From a virus, in the IMG/VR virus record IMGVR_UViG_3300042013_000045, positions 1-64,000 of that record: 64,000 nt of DNA, one strand, 5' to 3'. Positions 1 through 9,500 of the stretch are shown here, piece by piece. The stretch's first letter is position 1; every line of letters begins with the position of its first letter. The notes under the pieces were generated by a model. The model was not told where the DNA came from. It did not search any database and saw nothing but the letters and a program-made list of their open reading frames with translations. Position numbers and translations under genes: made by a program.

Positions 1-34
1 TCAGCGGGTTAGACGTGATCATGTTGGTTATTCC

Positions 35-169
35 TTATACAGCGGCAGTTGGGTTAGCGCGAGCGCGCAGGGTTTCTACTTCTTTCTTCAGGTCTTTGCC
101 GTCGCGACGGCATTTCATGAAGATCGCCCCCAAGGCGAATCCGATGGCGAATACAGTCAGATCTTTCAT
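35..169 (-). CDS. small membrane protein (44 aa, MKDLTVFAIGFALGAIFMKCRR...)
   Basis: Read manually, below the ORF-track cutoff. AGGAG RBS, one N-terminal hydrophobic helix and a basic tail. Confidence 0.65.
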   Translation of the reverse strand: MKDLTVFAIGFALGAIFMKCRRDGKDLKKEVETLRARANPTAAV

Positions 170-193
170 GTTAGTCTCCTCAGACCAGGGGTA

Positions 194-637
194 TTAGCTA
201 ATGCGCTTGCTAGGCGCGGTCAGCTTGAACAGGGTTTCCAAACGGGAACCGATGTTGTCAGCTGGGTTGTGCAAGGTTACCAACTGGCAGAACCGATCCA
301 CCTCGAGGGAGCCCGATGGGATTACAGTGTTGCGCAGTTCCATGCAAGCGTTGCTTACCAGAACAAAGGCACTACCATTGTCCGGGGTGTAGCGTTCGAA
401 GATGACGATGGTACCGGCACGGGTACCGATCATCAGCATACGGCGAGCATCACGACCTTCTACAGTCGATGCTTGAATCTGGCCAGGTGCCAGCTCAACA
501 GCGCAAGCACCGTTGAAGTAGTCACCATGTTTCCACTCAGGGTTGTAAGGAACATGAGTGACCTGACCCAGAACGTTCTCGAAAGATTGTTCGAAGTAGG
601 ATTTCTCTACAGCTACAGCAGCGTTAGAACCGTTCAT
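194..637 (-). CDS. hypothetical early protein
   Basis: ORF 194..745, with the start moved to ATG 637 because it has a GGAG RBS and lies downstream of the promoter-like motif at 689-715. Confidence 0.7.
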   Translation of the reverse strand: MNGSNAAVAVEKSYFEQSFENVLGQVTHVPYNPEWKHGDYFNGACAVELAPGQIQASTVEGRDARRMLMIGTRAGTIVIFERYTPDNGSAFVLVSNACMELRNTVIPSGSLEVDRFCQLVTLHNPADNIGSRLETLFKLTAPSKRIS

Positions 638-688
638 GTTGAATCTCCATTGATCAGGGTTAGGAATAGAAAGATTAGTCTCGCTATT

Positions 689-715
689 CACATGTACAAT
701 GTATGACTGAAATAA
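689..715 (-). promoter_or_regulatory. putative early (virion RNAP) promoter TTATTTCAGTCATACATTGTACATGTG
   Basis: Same motif recurs at 58857 and 59250. Resembles the phiKZ early TATATTAC element. Confidence 0.6.
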
Positions 716-737
716 TTTCGAATCGAATACATACAGC

Positions 738-783
738 ATAGACACCTACTCCCAGGGCTTACGCTCCGGGAGTAGGTGTCTAT
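738..783 (-). terminator. long hairpin, likely terminator of the head-protein operon
   Basis: 16-bp inverted repeat ATAGACACCTACTCCC/GGGAGTAGGTGTCTAT right after the stop at 787. Confidence 0.65.
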
Positions 784-786
784 TGT

Positions 787-2037
787 TTACCGCTTCTTGG
801 CAGAACGGGTGATGGCATCCGCCGCGTCATTCAAGCCACGGACGATGAAGTACAGCACGGTGAAGCCACCGTTCATGCATTCCCAACCCAGGCGATCCAG
901 CTCGGAGATCAGGCGCACAGCGACTTTGGCTTGAGGGCCACCGCGTACATCTGCCTTGAGCTTCTTGACCAGAGTCTCGTGGTCACGCCATTTCTTTGGA
1001 GCGTTAGAACGCACACTGGCCGATTTGGTAGCGACGTCCTTGAGCTTGGTCAGCGCATTAACCATCTCAGGGATTTCGATGTTACGCTTGCTCGAACCAG
1101 TGACGACCATGTAAACGCCCGCACCGATAGAACCGAACAGCGAAGCAACCATCGCACCTTTGGTAGCCTTAGGCCAGCTCACGTTCAAGGAAGCGCCGTA
1201 AGCCCAGTTGCCCAGACCCTCAGCGCCCTTGATGTTGAACTTCTTCACGTTGAGCTTACGGTAGCCCATGGTGAAGGTTTCGTCGAACTTGTCGTAGACA
1301 GTCTTGGCGACGTTGTTCATGGCAGCGATTTGATGCAGGGCCTTGTCGGCAGCATTTTCGTCAGACCAGTCGGTGTTGTAAGCAATCTGAGCCGCCTTGG
1401 CAGCAACGGAGATGGCTTCTTCGCCAGCCTTCAACAGACCATCAACGATGGTGGCCGTGTCACTGGCAGCTTTCGCTAGGTTCTGTGCGATCTCACCGTC
1501 AACGGTGAAGATCTGTTGCAGGCCGTGCATACTGATCTTGGTCTTGCCGTCGTAGTTCTTCAGGACAGCAATGCGATCGTTCATGTTCGGGATTTCACGG
1601 TTCAAGATACCGAGGTGGTCCCACATGTCTTTTACCGAGTACGACTCGAGAGTCACGTTCAGGGCGCTTTCCAGACCGACCGACAGTTCACGCAGCTGAG
1701 CAACGGTAGGGGCTACACGTTCCTTCGCATCGCCGAAGCCTTCCAGACCGGTGGACTTCAGCTTGAAGCCGTTGTAACGGCCTGCAACAGCGTTTACCAG
1801 GGCGATAGCGCTATCGAGCTGCTCGTGGCTCACTTCGACGGCGTCGTTCAACTGGTCGGCTTGTGCGTCGATCAGCTGGATGTCCTGTTCCACAGCGATA
1901 CGGTCTTCCACGTATTGCTCAGGGGTCAGGTCGTTGGCCTCTTGTACAAGAGTCTCCAACAGATCGCCGGAAGTCTCTTCCGCTTCCATTTCTTCCAACG
2001 AGACCGACAGAGCGGCCTTCAGTGCGTCTTTACTCAT
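787..2037 (-). CDS. virion internal head protein (protease-processed paralog family)
   Basis: Acidic N-terminal propeptide with VSLEE, TGLEG, VGLES and VTLES motifs. Close to the prohead protease gene. Confidence 0.65.
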   Translation of the reverse strand: MSKDALKAALSVSLEEMEAEETSGDLLETLVQEANDLTPEQYVEDRIAVEQDIQLIDAQADQLNDAVEVSHEQLDSAIALVNAVAGRYNGFKLKSTGLEGFGDAKERVAPTVAQLRELSVGLESALNVTLESYSVKDMWDHLGILNREIPNMNDRIAVLKNYDGKTKISMHGLQQIFTVDGEIAQNLAKAASDTATIVDGLLKAGEEAISVAAKAAQIAYNTDWSDENAADKALHQIAAMNNVAKTVYDKFDETFTMGYRKLNVKKFNIKGAEGLGNWAYGASLNVSWPKATKGAMVASLFGSIGAGVYMVVTGSSKRNIEIPEMVNALTKLKDVATKSASVRSNAPKKWRDHETLVKKLKADVRGGPQAKVAVRLISELDRLGWECMNGGFTVLYFIVRGLNDAADAITRSAKKR

Positions 2038-2055
2038 GGTGATACGTCCTTAATT

Positions 2056-3384
2056 TTAAGCGCTAGCCTTATCGGCCTTCGGTGGTTTTGCTTTCGACAG
2101 CACCTGGTTGGCCATGGTAGTGACACCGCGGTACACGAATGTAGCGTGGTCTTCCATCATGGTGGCCAGAAGCTTGGCCAAGAACATGTATTGCGACACA
2201 CTGCGACGAGCCGACTTGTGCAGATCCAACAACTCACGATAAATCACTTTATCGAACTTGCCGGTTTCTTCATCGATGGTTTTGTTGTAAGCGTCATCCA
2301 GGTCATCGGACATCCGAGCAACACGCTCACCCATCGAAGCAGCCATCTGTGCAAATCGAACACTCTGTTGGTTCAGGACTTGCGCCCGATCTAAGACCTT
2401 GACGAAGTCATTCAACTCGACAGCGCCTTTGGTCTTCTTCAACCCTTCGTCAAACTTCTTCTGACCTTCGGTCATGGTGAAACCTGCAACACCGCTTGCA
2501 GTCTTCGGAACACCGCCGATGGCCCAACCGTGAAGCGTGCCGTTGGCGATACCCGTTACAAGGTTGTTTTCATCGCCGGCTTTGGTGGTAAAGGTTTCAC
2601 TACCACCTTCGTTCTTAACGATCTTCGGATAGCCTCGCTTGTCCAGCTGCACAATACGGTTGCCCAGCAGGTCAAACTTGGTCAGATCTTCGAAGTCATT
2701 GCGCTGAAGGATGCCTTCGTCGAAATAATCGATGTTCTCCCTGATCGTCTCCACAGAGCCGCTGACGCACGCTTCACGGAAACGGCGACTCAGGTCTGTC
2801 GAGCGTTGGAAAAGCGCTTGGTAGTGCTTCTCGCAAGTCTCAACGAACTTTACATCGTCGTCGATACACGCGGTGAACGAAGCGACCGGCTTATTCCCTT
2901 TGGTCAGGAAACGATACGTGTCAATGGAGTCAAGCAGGATCGGATCGCCAGTGATGATCTCCCCCTTGGCTTTGATCTTCTGCTTGATCTCGAACAGGTT
3001 CTTGCCAAACGTTTTAAGGTTCAGCGAAACAGCACCAAAGGTACGCTTCATGGCCTGTAGGAGATCGGACTCCAGAGAAGGTTGTTGTAGGGCTGCCAGG
3101 GTACGATGAGCATCCTCTACTACGGTCGGGCCAGTGGCACGGCTAGCAGCGGTCTCAAGGTCATTGTCAGCCAACCATTGCTTGTAGTCGTTCTCAACGA
3201 TCATCATGTCGACCACGTTACCGTCAGCCAAGGTGAATTTCGTCACCAAGGCTTCCAACGTGATCCGACTGTCCGCCAAGACGGCCATGTCGATCAACGA
3301 CTCCATCGCTGGAATAAGAGTAGGTTCCGATTCCAGAGACAGGCTACCGGCCAAGATCTCATTGATGGACTTCATGGATGTCAC
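2056..3384 (-). CDS. virion head protein (protease-processed)
   Basis: LSLES, PAMES and PSLES cleavage-type motifs in the N-terminus. Its start overlaps the protease stop. Confidence 0.6.
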   Translation of the reverse strand: MTSMKSINEILAGSLSLESEPTLIPAMESLIDMAVLADSRITLEALVTKFTLADGNVVDMMIVENDYKQWLADNDLETAASRATGPTVVEDAHRTLAALQQPSLESDLLQAMKRTFGAVSLNLKTFGKNLFEIKQKIKAKGEIITGDPILLDSIDTYRFLTKGNKPVASFTACIDDDVKFVETCEKHYQALFQRSTDLSRRFREACVSGSVETIRENIDYFDEGILQRNDFEDLTKFDLLGNRIVQLDKRGYPKIVKNEGGSETFTTKAGDENNLVTGIANGTLHGWAIGGVPKTASGVAGFTMTEGQKKFDEGLKKTKGAVELNDFVKVLDRAQVLNQQSVRFAQMAASMGERVARMSDDLDDAYNKTIDEETGKFDKVIYRELLDLHKSARRSVSQYMFLAKLLATMMEDHATFVYRGVTTMANQVLSKAKPPKADKASA

Positions 3385-4187
3385 CAGTTCATTGCAGCAG
3401 GAACAAAGATCCGGACAGGCTTCTCGATCTCAGCAACGAGAGTGAGCAATTGGCTGTGAGCACTTTCCATCGCTACGCCACAACCAACGCCGGTAGATTC
3501 GGCAGCGATTTCTTGGCGCAGGGTATCGGTGAAGAAGCACATTTCCAGATCGGCGTGTTTGTCCATCGACAGACCCAACGATTCCATTGCTGGAGTGATG
3601 CCTTGCAGCATCGAGTTGGATTTGCTGGCCGGGGCCATGCCTGGTTCGTTGACCACGTCCCACGTAACAATCTTCTTGAGCATCTTGGTCTTGCGACCAC
3701 TCAGGATCTTGTCTTCCGTGAAGGAACGGATGGAGAAGCAGACGTCTTCTTCCGGGTTCTGGAACTGTTTCTCGAGCCATGCACTGGCTGCGCCGGATTC
3801 CTTGGTCAGACCCATGATCAGGATAATGTTGTTACCCTGTTCATCCTTGTGCCCGTCAAAGGACAAGGAGATCTTGGAATAATGCGCACACAGGTTCGGT
3901 TCGAACAGATCGTTGACACGGGTGAACCATTGCAGCTGGGTCATGCCCGGTTGGAACCGAGGGTGACCGTTCTCACCGCGCAGGCGTTTGTTATCGACGC
4001 GACGCATCAGCTCGGCACTGTTCTCGAACAGCATCTTCGCATGTTCAAACGAGTAGTACCAACCAGCAGCGTTGAAAGCGTTCAGTGCACCAAGGATCAC
4101 CCAACGGTAACCATTGGCATCGACCTTGAGGTCTTGTACCTTGTTCACGCCATGGATAGCGGCGCATTGAAAAACAACATTAGTCAT
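3381..4187 (-). CDS. prohead protease (phiKZ gp175-like)
   Basis: GENGHP, FSIRS and WDVVNEPG motifs of T4 gp21/phiKZ gp175-type proteases. C-terminal AMES candidate autocleavage sites. Confidence 0.85.
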   Translation of the reverse strand: MTNVVFQCAAIHGVNKVQDLKVDANGYRWVILGALNAFNAAGWYYSFEHAKMLFENSAELMRRVDNKRLRGENGHPRFQPGMTQLQWFTRVNDLFEPNLCAHYSKISLSFDGHKDEQGNNIILIMGLTKESGAASAWLEKQFQNPEEDVCFSIRSFTEDKILSGRKTKMLKKIVTWDVVNEPGMAPASKSNSMLQGITPAMESLGLSMDKHADLEMCFFTDTLRQEIAAESTGVGCGVAMESAHSQLLTLVAEIEKPVRIFVPAAMNW

Positions 4188-4198
4188 GGAATGACCCC

Positions 4199-4924
4199 TT
4201 AAGTACGAAGTGTTCTCTCAGTTCGTTCTACTCGGTCGCCAGGGTTTACGATAGCGCTGGTCATACCTTCGTCGAAACGGGAACCCGTGATTTTTGCGAT
4301 GGTGTTGGTCGCACCGAAACTCACGTTCCGCAGCGGCACAATGGTTGGAGGGTTCTGAGAGATTTCTTCTTTTGTTTCCACGATCTGGCGGTAGTACCGT
4401 TTCAGATCATTGGGATCACGGCAGATGGTGCTCACAATGATTTCCATCACGGTAGGTGTAGAACCTACGACCACACCCGCGTGGTAAGCACTGGATTCAA
4501 AGAGATTGCCCAGTTCGTCATAGCTGACGTACCATGGCACCCGACCCTTGGCGATGATCTCGTCATAGATCCGGTACATGAGGTTGTCGATCTTCAACAA
4601 CTCAAGTTGGCTGATTACGCGGTCACCTGCCTCATACTGAAGCTCCAGATACTCCACGTCATCAATGATAACGGTGTTCACCAACGTGGGCTCGGTACGA
4701 ATAGGCGCGCAGATCATGGCCGACATGAAGTACTTGTCTTCCAGAACAATCGCACAAATACCCACTAAGGTGATCTCGTCTTCGAAGGTTGCGAGATCAC
4801 GCTGAGGGAACCGAGCCGGGATATACATTTTGACTGGTTTGTTACACACCACTGAACCTTCGTCAGTGATGTCGCATGCAGCATGCACGCGCGCAGGGTC
4901 ACGTTCAAACTGGCTCGATTTCAT
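4199..4924 (-). CDS. conserved phiKZ-like protein (gp176-like by position)
   Basis: 241-aa ORF between the protease and the RNAP subunit genes. Confidence 0.6.
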   Translation of the reverse strand: MKSSQFERDPARVHAACDITDEGSVVCNKPVKMYIPARFPQRDLATFEDEITLVGICAIVLEDKYFMSAMICAPIRTEPTLVNTVIIDDVEYLELQYEAGDRVISQLELLKIDNLMYRIYDEIIAKGRVPWYVSYDELGNLFESSAYHAGVVVGSTPTVMEIIVSTICRDPNDLKRYYRQIVETKEEISQNPPTIVPLRNVSFGATNTIAKITGSRFDEGMTSAIVNPGDRVERTERTLRT

Positions 4925-4945
4925 TTTCTATCCACCTGAGAATAA

Positions 4946-4967
4946 CCGGAGGGTTTGACCCCTCCGG
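4946..4967. terminator. intergenic hairpin
   Basis: CCGGAGGG-tttgac-CCCTCCGG. Confidence 0.4.
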
Positions 4968-4978
4968 CTACGATTGGG

Positions 4979-6328
4979 TTATGCAGCGCAGATCAGGAGC
5001 TGACTAGCGAACCAGTTGTTGACGTACTTGATAGTCGCCAGCAATGCGATTTCGCGAGGGTCGGCTTCTGCACCGAACTGAACGCCCACACGGTTGATGA
5101 TCATGATCACGGAACGGGCATCGGACTCGGCGTAGAACACTGCACAGGCGATGTCGGTGATGACCTGGTACAGATCAGCACAACGCGCTTCGTTCAGCTT
5201 GTCGATTTCCAGACGCAGACGGTCGCGCAGGATTTGCTTGTCCACGCCACTGTCGAGACTCATGATCTCAATGGTGAACGCAGTGTTGATCACATCACGA
5301 GTGATGCCGAACATTTCGTTCTGGGTCTTCAACGCACGCAGGTTCATCTCGCGGTTGTAGATTGCTTCCAGAGCAGTCTTGTTCTCGATCAGTTGACCGG
5401 CGGTGTAACGACGACCAGCCATTTCGTTACCCAGCAGGGCTTCAGGCGTCAAGCCTTTGTCCAGCAGAGCACGGTAGGCTTCACCCATGACAACAGCTTG
5501 GGTGATGGAGGTCTTGGTTGGGAGGTACAACGTGCCCAGTTCACGAACGCGGCGGTAGTTCTCGATCTTCGAGAGTACCATGGCGCCGGAGGCTTGCAGC
5601 AGCTTGTTGATTTCGGTCTGATAGTCGTTCAGACCCATCTTCACGCCTTCTCCCGGCTCGTTGTAGATAGCCTGGGCCACGACCATTACGCCAGCGGCAT
5701 AATCGAAGTCGATGTCGCCGAACGCTTTACGACCAGCCAGTACGTCCATGACGGTGGCGTAGCCTTCGTTGTTGTTCAGGGACAACAGTGCATGCAGATC
5801 GTCGTCAACGCCGGACATGCCGGTCTTGGCAGCCGAGATCACGTCATCAATCAGCATGATGTTGATAACACGGGCAGGTGGATAAACCAGTTCACGCGTG
5901 TTGTAACGCTGAGCCATGCCGAAGATGCCTTGGTTGGTGTAGACGGCAGGCACTTCTTTCATCACGATCTCGTACGGCGAGCAAGCTGCCACACGACGAC
6001 CTTCTACAGAGTCAGTGACCTTGGCCACCAGCTCTTTGACGTGAGGGATCACGACGTTGCGAGCATTGTCCAAGACCATGCCCACGGATTCAGACGCCAG
6101 CTTCACCAGGTCGGCCATGGCCAGTTGGTGAGCGACTTCTTTGGAACGTTCGCAGACCAGACCCACGAGGTCAGAATCAGCATTCAGTTCGACATCCAGG
6201 CCCGCACGGTTACAAGCCATCATCAGGCTCATCAGCGGGGTGTTGTCTTTCGGCAGCAGGCGTTTGCCTTGCTCCAGCAACTTCTGCGCTACAGGCAGAG
6301 CCGCTTCGACGCTAACGCGGTTAAGCAT
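4979..6328 (-). CDS. conserved phiKZ-like protein (gp177-like by position)
   Basis: Long ORF with strongly biased codons. ATG 6328 follows GAGGG. Confidence 0.65.
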   Translation of the reverse strand: MLNRVSVEAALPVAQKLLEQGKRLLPKDNTPLMSLMMACNRAGLDVELNADSDLVGLVCERSKEVAHQLAMADLVKLASESVGMVLDNARNVVIPHVKELVAKVTDSVEGRRVAACSPYEIVMKEVPAVYTNQGIFGMAQRYNTRELVYPPARVINIMLIDDVISAAKTGMSGVDDDLHALLSLNNNEGYATVMDVLAGRKAFGDIDFDYAAGVMVVAQAIYNEPGEGVKMGLNDYQTEINKLLQASGAMVLSKIENYRRVRELGTLYLPTKTSITQAVVMGEAYRALLDKGLTPEALLGNEMAGRRYTAGQLIENKTALEAIYNREMNLRALKTQNEMFGITRDVINTAFTIEIMSLDSGVDKQILRDRLRLEIDKLNEARCADLYQVITDIACAVFYAESDARSVIMIINRVGVQFGAEADPREIALLATIKYVNNWFASQLLICAA

Positions 6329-6515
6329 TTTTAGCACCCTCGATGGAGTTGTTGATTTCGCTGGCAGCCAGAGCAGCGAGAGTGCGCTCAGTCACAGGCA
6401 CGCCGTCGAGGTGGTTGGAGATCAGATTGCCGGACACGTTGGCGATTACTTCGGTCGACAGCTGAACGCAGTTCGCCACCAACGCAAGATTATCAAAGGC
6501 GATAGAAGTGCTCAT
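6321..6515 (-). CDS. small hypothetical protein (MSTSIAFDNL...)
   Basis: Fills the gap in the operon and has an AGGA RBS. Its stop overlaps the next start. Confidence 0.6.
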   Translation of the reverse strand: MSTSIAFDNLALVANCVQLSTEVIANVSGNLISNHLDGVPVTERTLAALAASEINNSIEGAKNA

Positions 6516-6583
6516 GAGAAAATTCCTGTGTGTTTCAATTTGCTGTAAGGAGAACCAGGGGCCTCTCGACCCCCGGCTGTCTA

Positions 6584-9500
6584 CTACGTTCTGTCGTTGC
6601 TCATCCACATCTCAGCAGCCTTCTCACCAATCGCGGTCAAGACCGAGATCGTCATACCGAGAATGATTGCTGACAACACGATCCGGTCAATTACAGACTT
6701 GGCGCCGAAGATTGCGTTCAGAGGTGTACCATCTTCCGTTTCGTTAATCCCGGAAAGACGATGACCAATTACGGTCTTCATCTGGTTACAGAACACAGCC
6801 TTGTCGCCTACGCCCATGCCTTCTTGGTACGTGATGTAGACTTTGATTGCAACGTGGTCAAGGTCAAGACCATTCCCATCAATGCGCAGGGACTGGTCGA
6901 CTTGACCAGTGATGTTGGCTTTAGCCAAACGTTTCGACTTCTTCCGTCGATCTCGATCACCGGCCTGAACAATGGCCGTCAGTGTTTCCGACATGTCGTC
7001 CGGATCACCGTGGTAGAAGACCTCAATCTTGGTGACTTTACCTACAGCACCAGCGCGTGGTGTGTGGTTACCCATCCCCGCAAGTGTTTCGAGATCGTCA
7101 TCATTGAACAGTCCAGAATCGGCCGCTACAGCATCCACAATCGTGCATAAGATACTCTGGATATCCGTGGTATCGCCGACTTTTACGAGGTTGTAGATCT
7201 GCTGATCCGCACGAGCCACAATGGTTTTCACCTTGGTGACACTTGCAGTCAACTGACTTGACAACCAGTCATCGATGGCCGAGGAGTCTTCCAGGGTATA
7301 CGACGCTTCCATCAAAGCAGTCTTGGCAATCACACCAGCCTTCCACATCACTTGACGCGGATGGAAACGGCTCGGTTTGAAGAAGCCCTTGTTGTACTTG
7401 ATGATGTCGCCTTTGGCTACCTTGTCACCCAGCTTGAACGTGGTGGCCTGCTCCTGAGGATAGACCGCACCGTTCGAGATCCCGTACTGCGTGGTCAGGT
7501 CGATATGCTCGAAGCTGCCATCGTCATACTGGATCACCAAATGCTCAGCCGACGCCTCTACCACTTCACCGCCTTGTTCAGCGGACTGGGCAAAGATGTC
7601 ATCCACACGGTGAGCGATCACAGAATCGTAACCAGTGCTCAACGGAGATTCACGATAACCCTGAGTAGCGATTACGTGAGACTGTTGAATCCCGATGAAG
7701 TTAACCCGCTTAGGGTCGTCTCGGTCGGAGCAAGGGGAGATCAATGCCGCAGTCGATACCATGGAACTGGCACCGTCTTCACCCGGAACAAACGTACGCA
7801 CTGTACCGCGCACACTGGTCAGGTTAGCGTTCGGTGTCATGTAGGTAATCACCGCCACGTCACCGGAGTCCACCGTCGATTCGGAGATGAAGCCCAAATC
7901 ACTTTCCTTGTACAGACGTGCCTCCGCTGTCATGGAACGGGAACTACGACCACCGCGACCACCGTAAGTGATGATCTCTTTCTGCTTCAGGTTCTGGATC
8001 GGGTTGATGTCATCCACCAATGCAGCCGCCGGGTCTTGAACGATGTTCGTCCAGACTTCGTGAGGCTTCATGGAGACCGAGTTGTTGTTCGAAGCAGTCC
8101 GCGAGTTGTAGACACGAATCGACTTCACCAGTTCGGAGTACACCGCCCCAGGAATCCGCTCGTACCCCTTGGCACGTTCCAGACCATCGAAACTTGCATC
8201 GTCCAACTTGGCTGGCACGTAACGCGTGATCAACATTTCGGTCGCACGCAACAGCAACGGGATGTACTCAGTCGGTTCCTTCATCCACTCAAGGACGCCT
8301 TTGGTAATCGGGTCGACGAACATGGCGTTCATCAAGTCCAACTCACGCAGGTAACGCAGACCGATGTTGTTTGCATCCAAGACGTTGAAGTACACGTCCT
8401 TCTCGTTGAAACTGTGACGGCTGAACTGACGCAGTTGCTTGTGGTACTGGAGGAAACCCCCGAACACCAAACTGTTACGCAGGTCGGTCTTATCGAAGAC
8501 CAGCGTCTCATCAAGGAACTTCAGTGCGTACTCATCATCGGACATGGTCAGACGATCACCCAGACCCACCACACGGTACTTGGCTTTGGTCAGTTCCAAC
8601 AACGAGTTGAAACCAATCAGGTAACCGAGCACAGCGCCGATTGGGATGGTCTTGCCAAAGATGCTCACTTCCGCCACAGACACAGGAGCCTTCTCTTTCG
8701 AGAGACCGAGGATGTCCTCAATCTGACCCAAGGTCTTCAAGTCATCCGATACGGAGTTGACGTGGTAGAAGACATCGTTCTTGTCCAACACAACGAACTG
8801 TTTGCCATTACGGCCCACAACAGTCATGCCTTTGTACTTCGCCTCAACAGCGTCGATCTCGTCCTGAGTGAACAGTTTCGATTTCGCCCGGTTCTTGTAG
8901 TCGAACCAGAACTGATTACCGCTGCAAGTGAACGCCATCAGACGCGACGCCAACACCGTGTAGATCCGTGGCAAGTCAACGGAGTAATCCGCTACGTTCG
9001 CCAACCGGATGTCTGTCACGGTAGTGTTATCTTTGTCCTGACCTTGCTCAACAATGATCCGGGAGATCCAACCGTCGTAGTTGAACACCGACCGCATGGA
9101 ACGATCCACGAAGATCTTGCTGTAGTAGGACGAGAGCGCCACACGGGAGTGGTTGATCTTGCGGATAGGGACGTCAGCCTTTTGAGCCCGCAGACGATAA
9201 CGTTGACCGTTAGAGACGTACACACCACGCTTATCAACAACCGGCACACGAATCTGCACCGTCGATGGTTTACCAGTGACCGGAGTGAACTGGATGGTGT
9301 GGATCTCGTAATTGCTCACGGCATCTTCAACGACCCGCACGGTATAACCCGTGACCGCAATACCCGCCTTCTGCACAGACAGCACGCAGTTGAGGATATC
9401 TTTCTTCATCACCTTTTCGATGTACTGACTGTCCATCATTTCGACGGTCGAATGCAGCATCGATTTGTCTTTAACAGCATCGGTATCAGGGTAAGCAGTA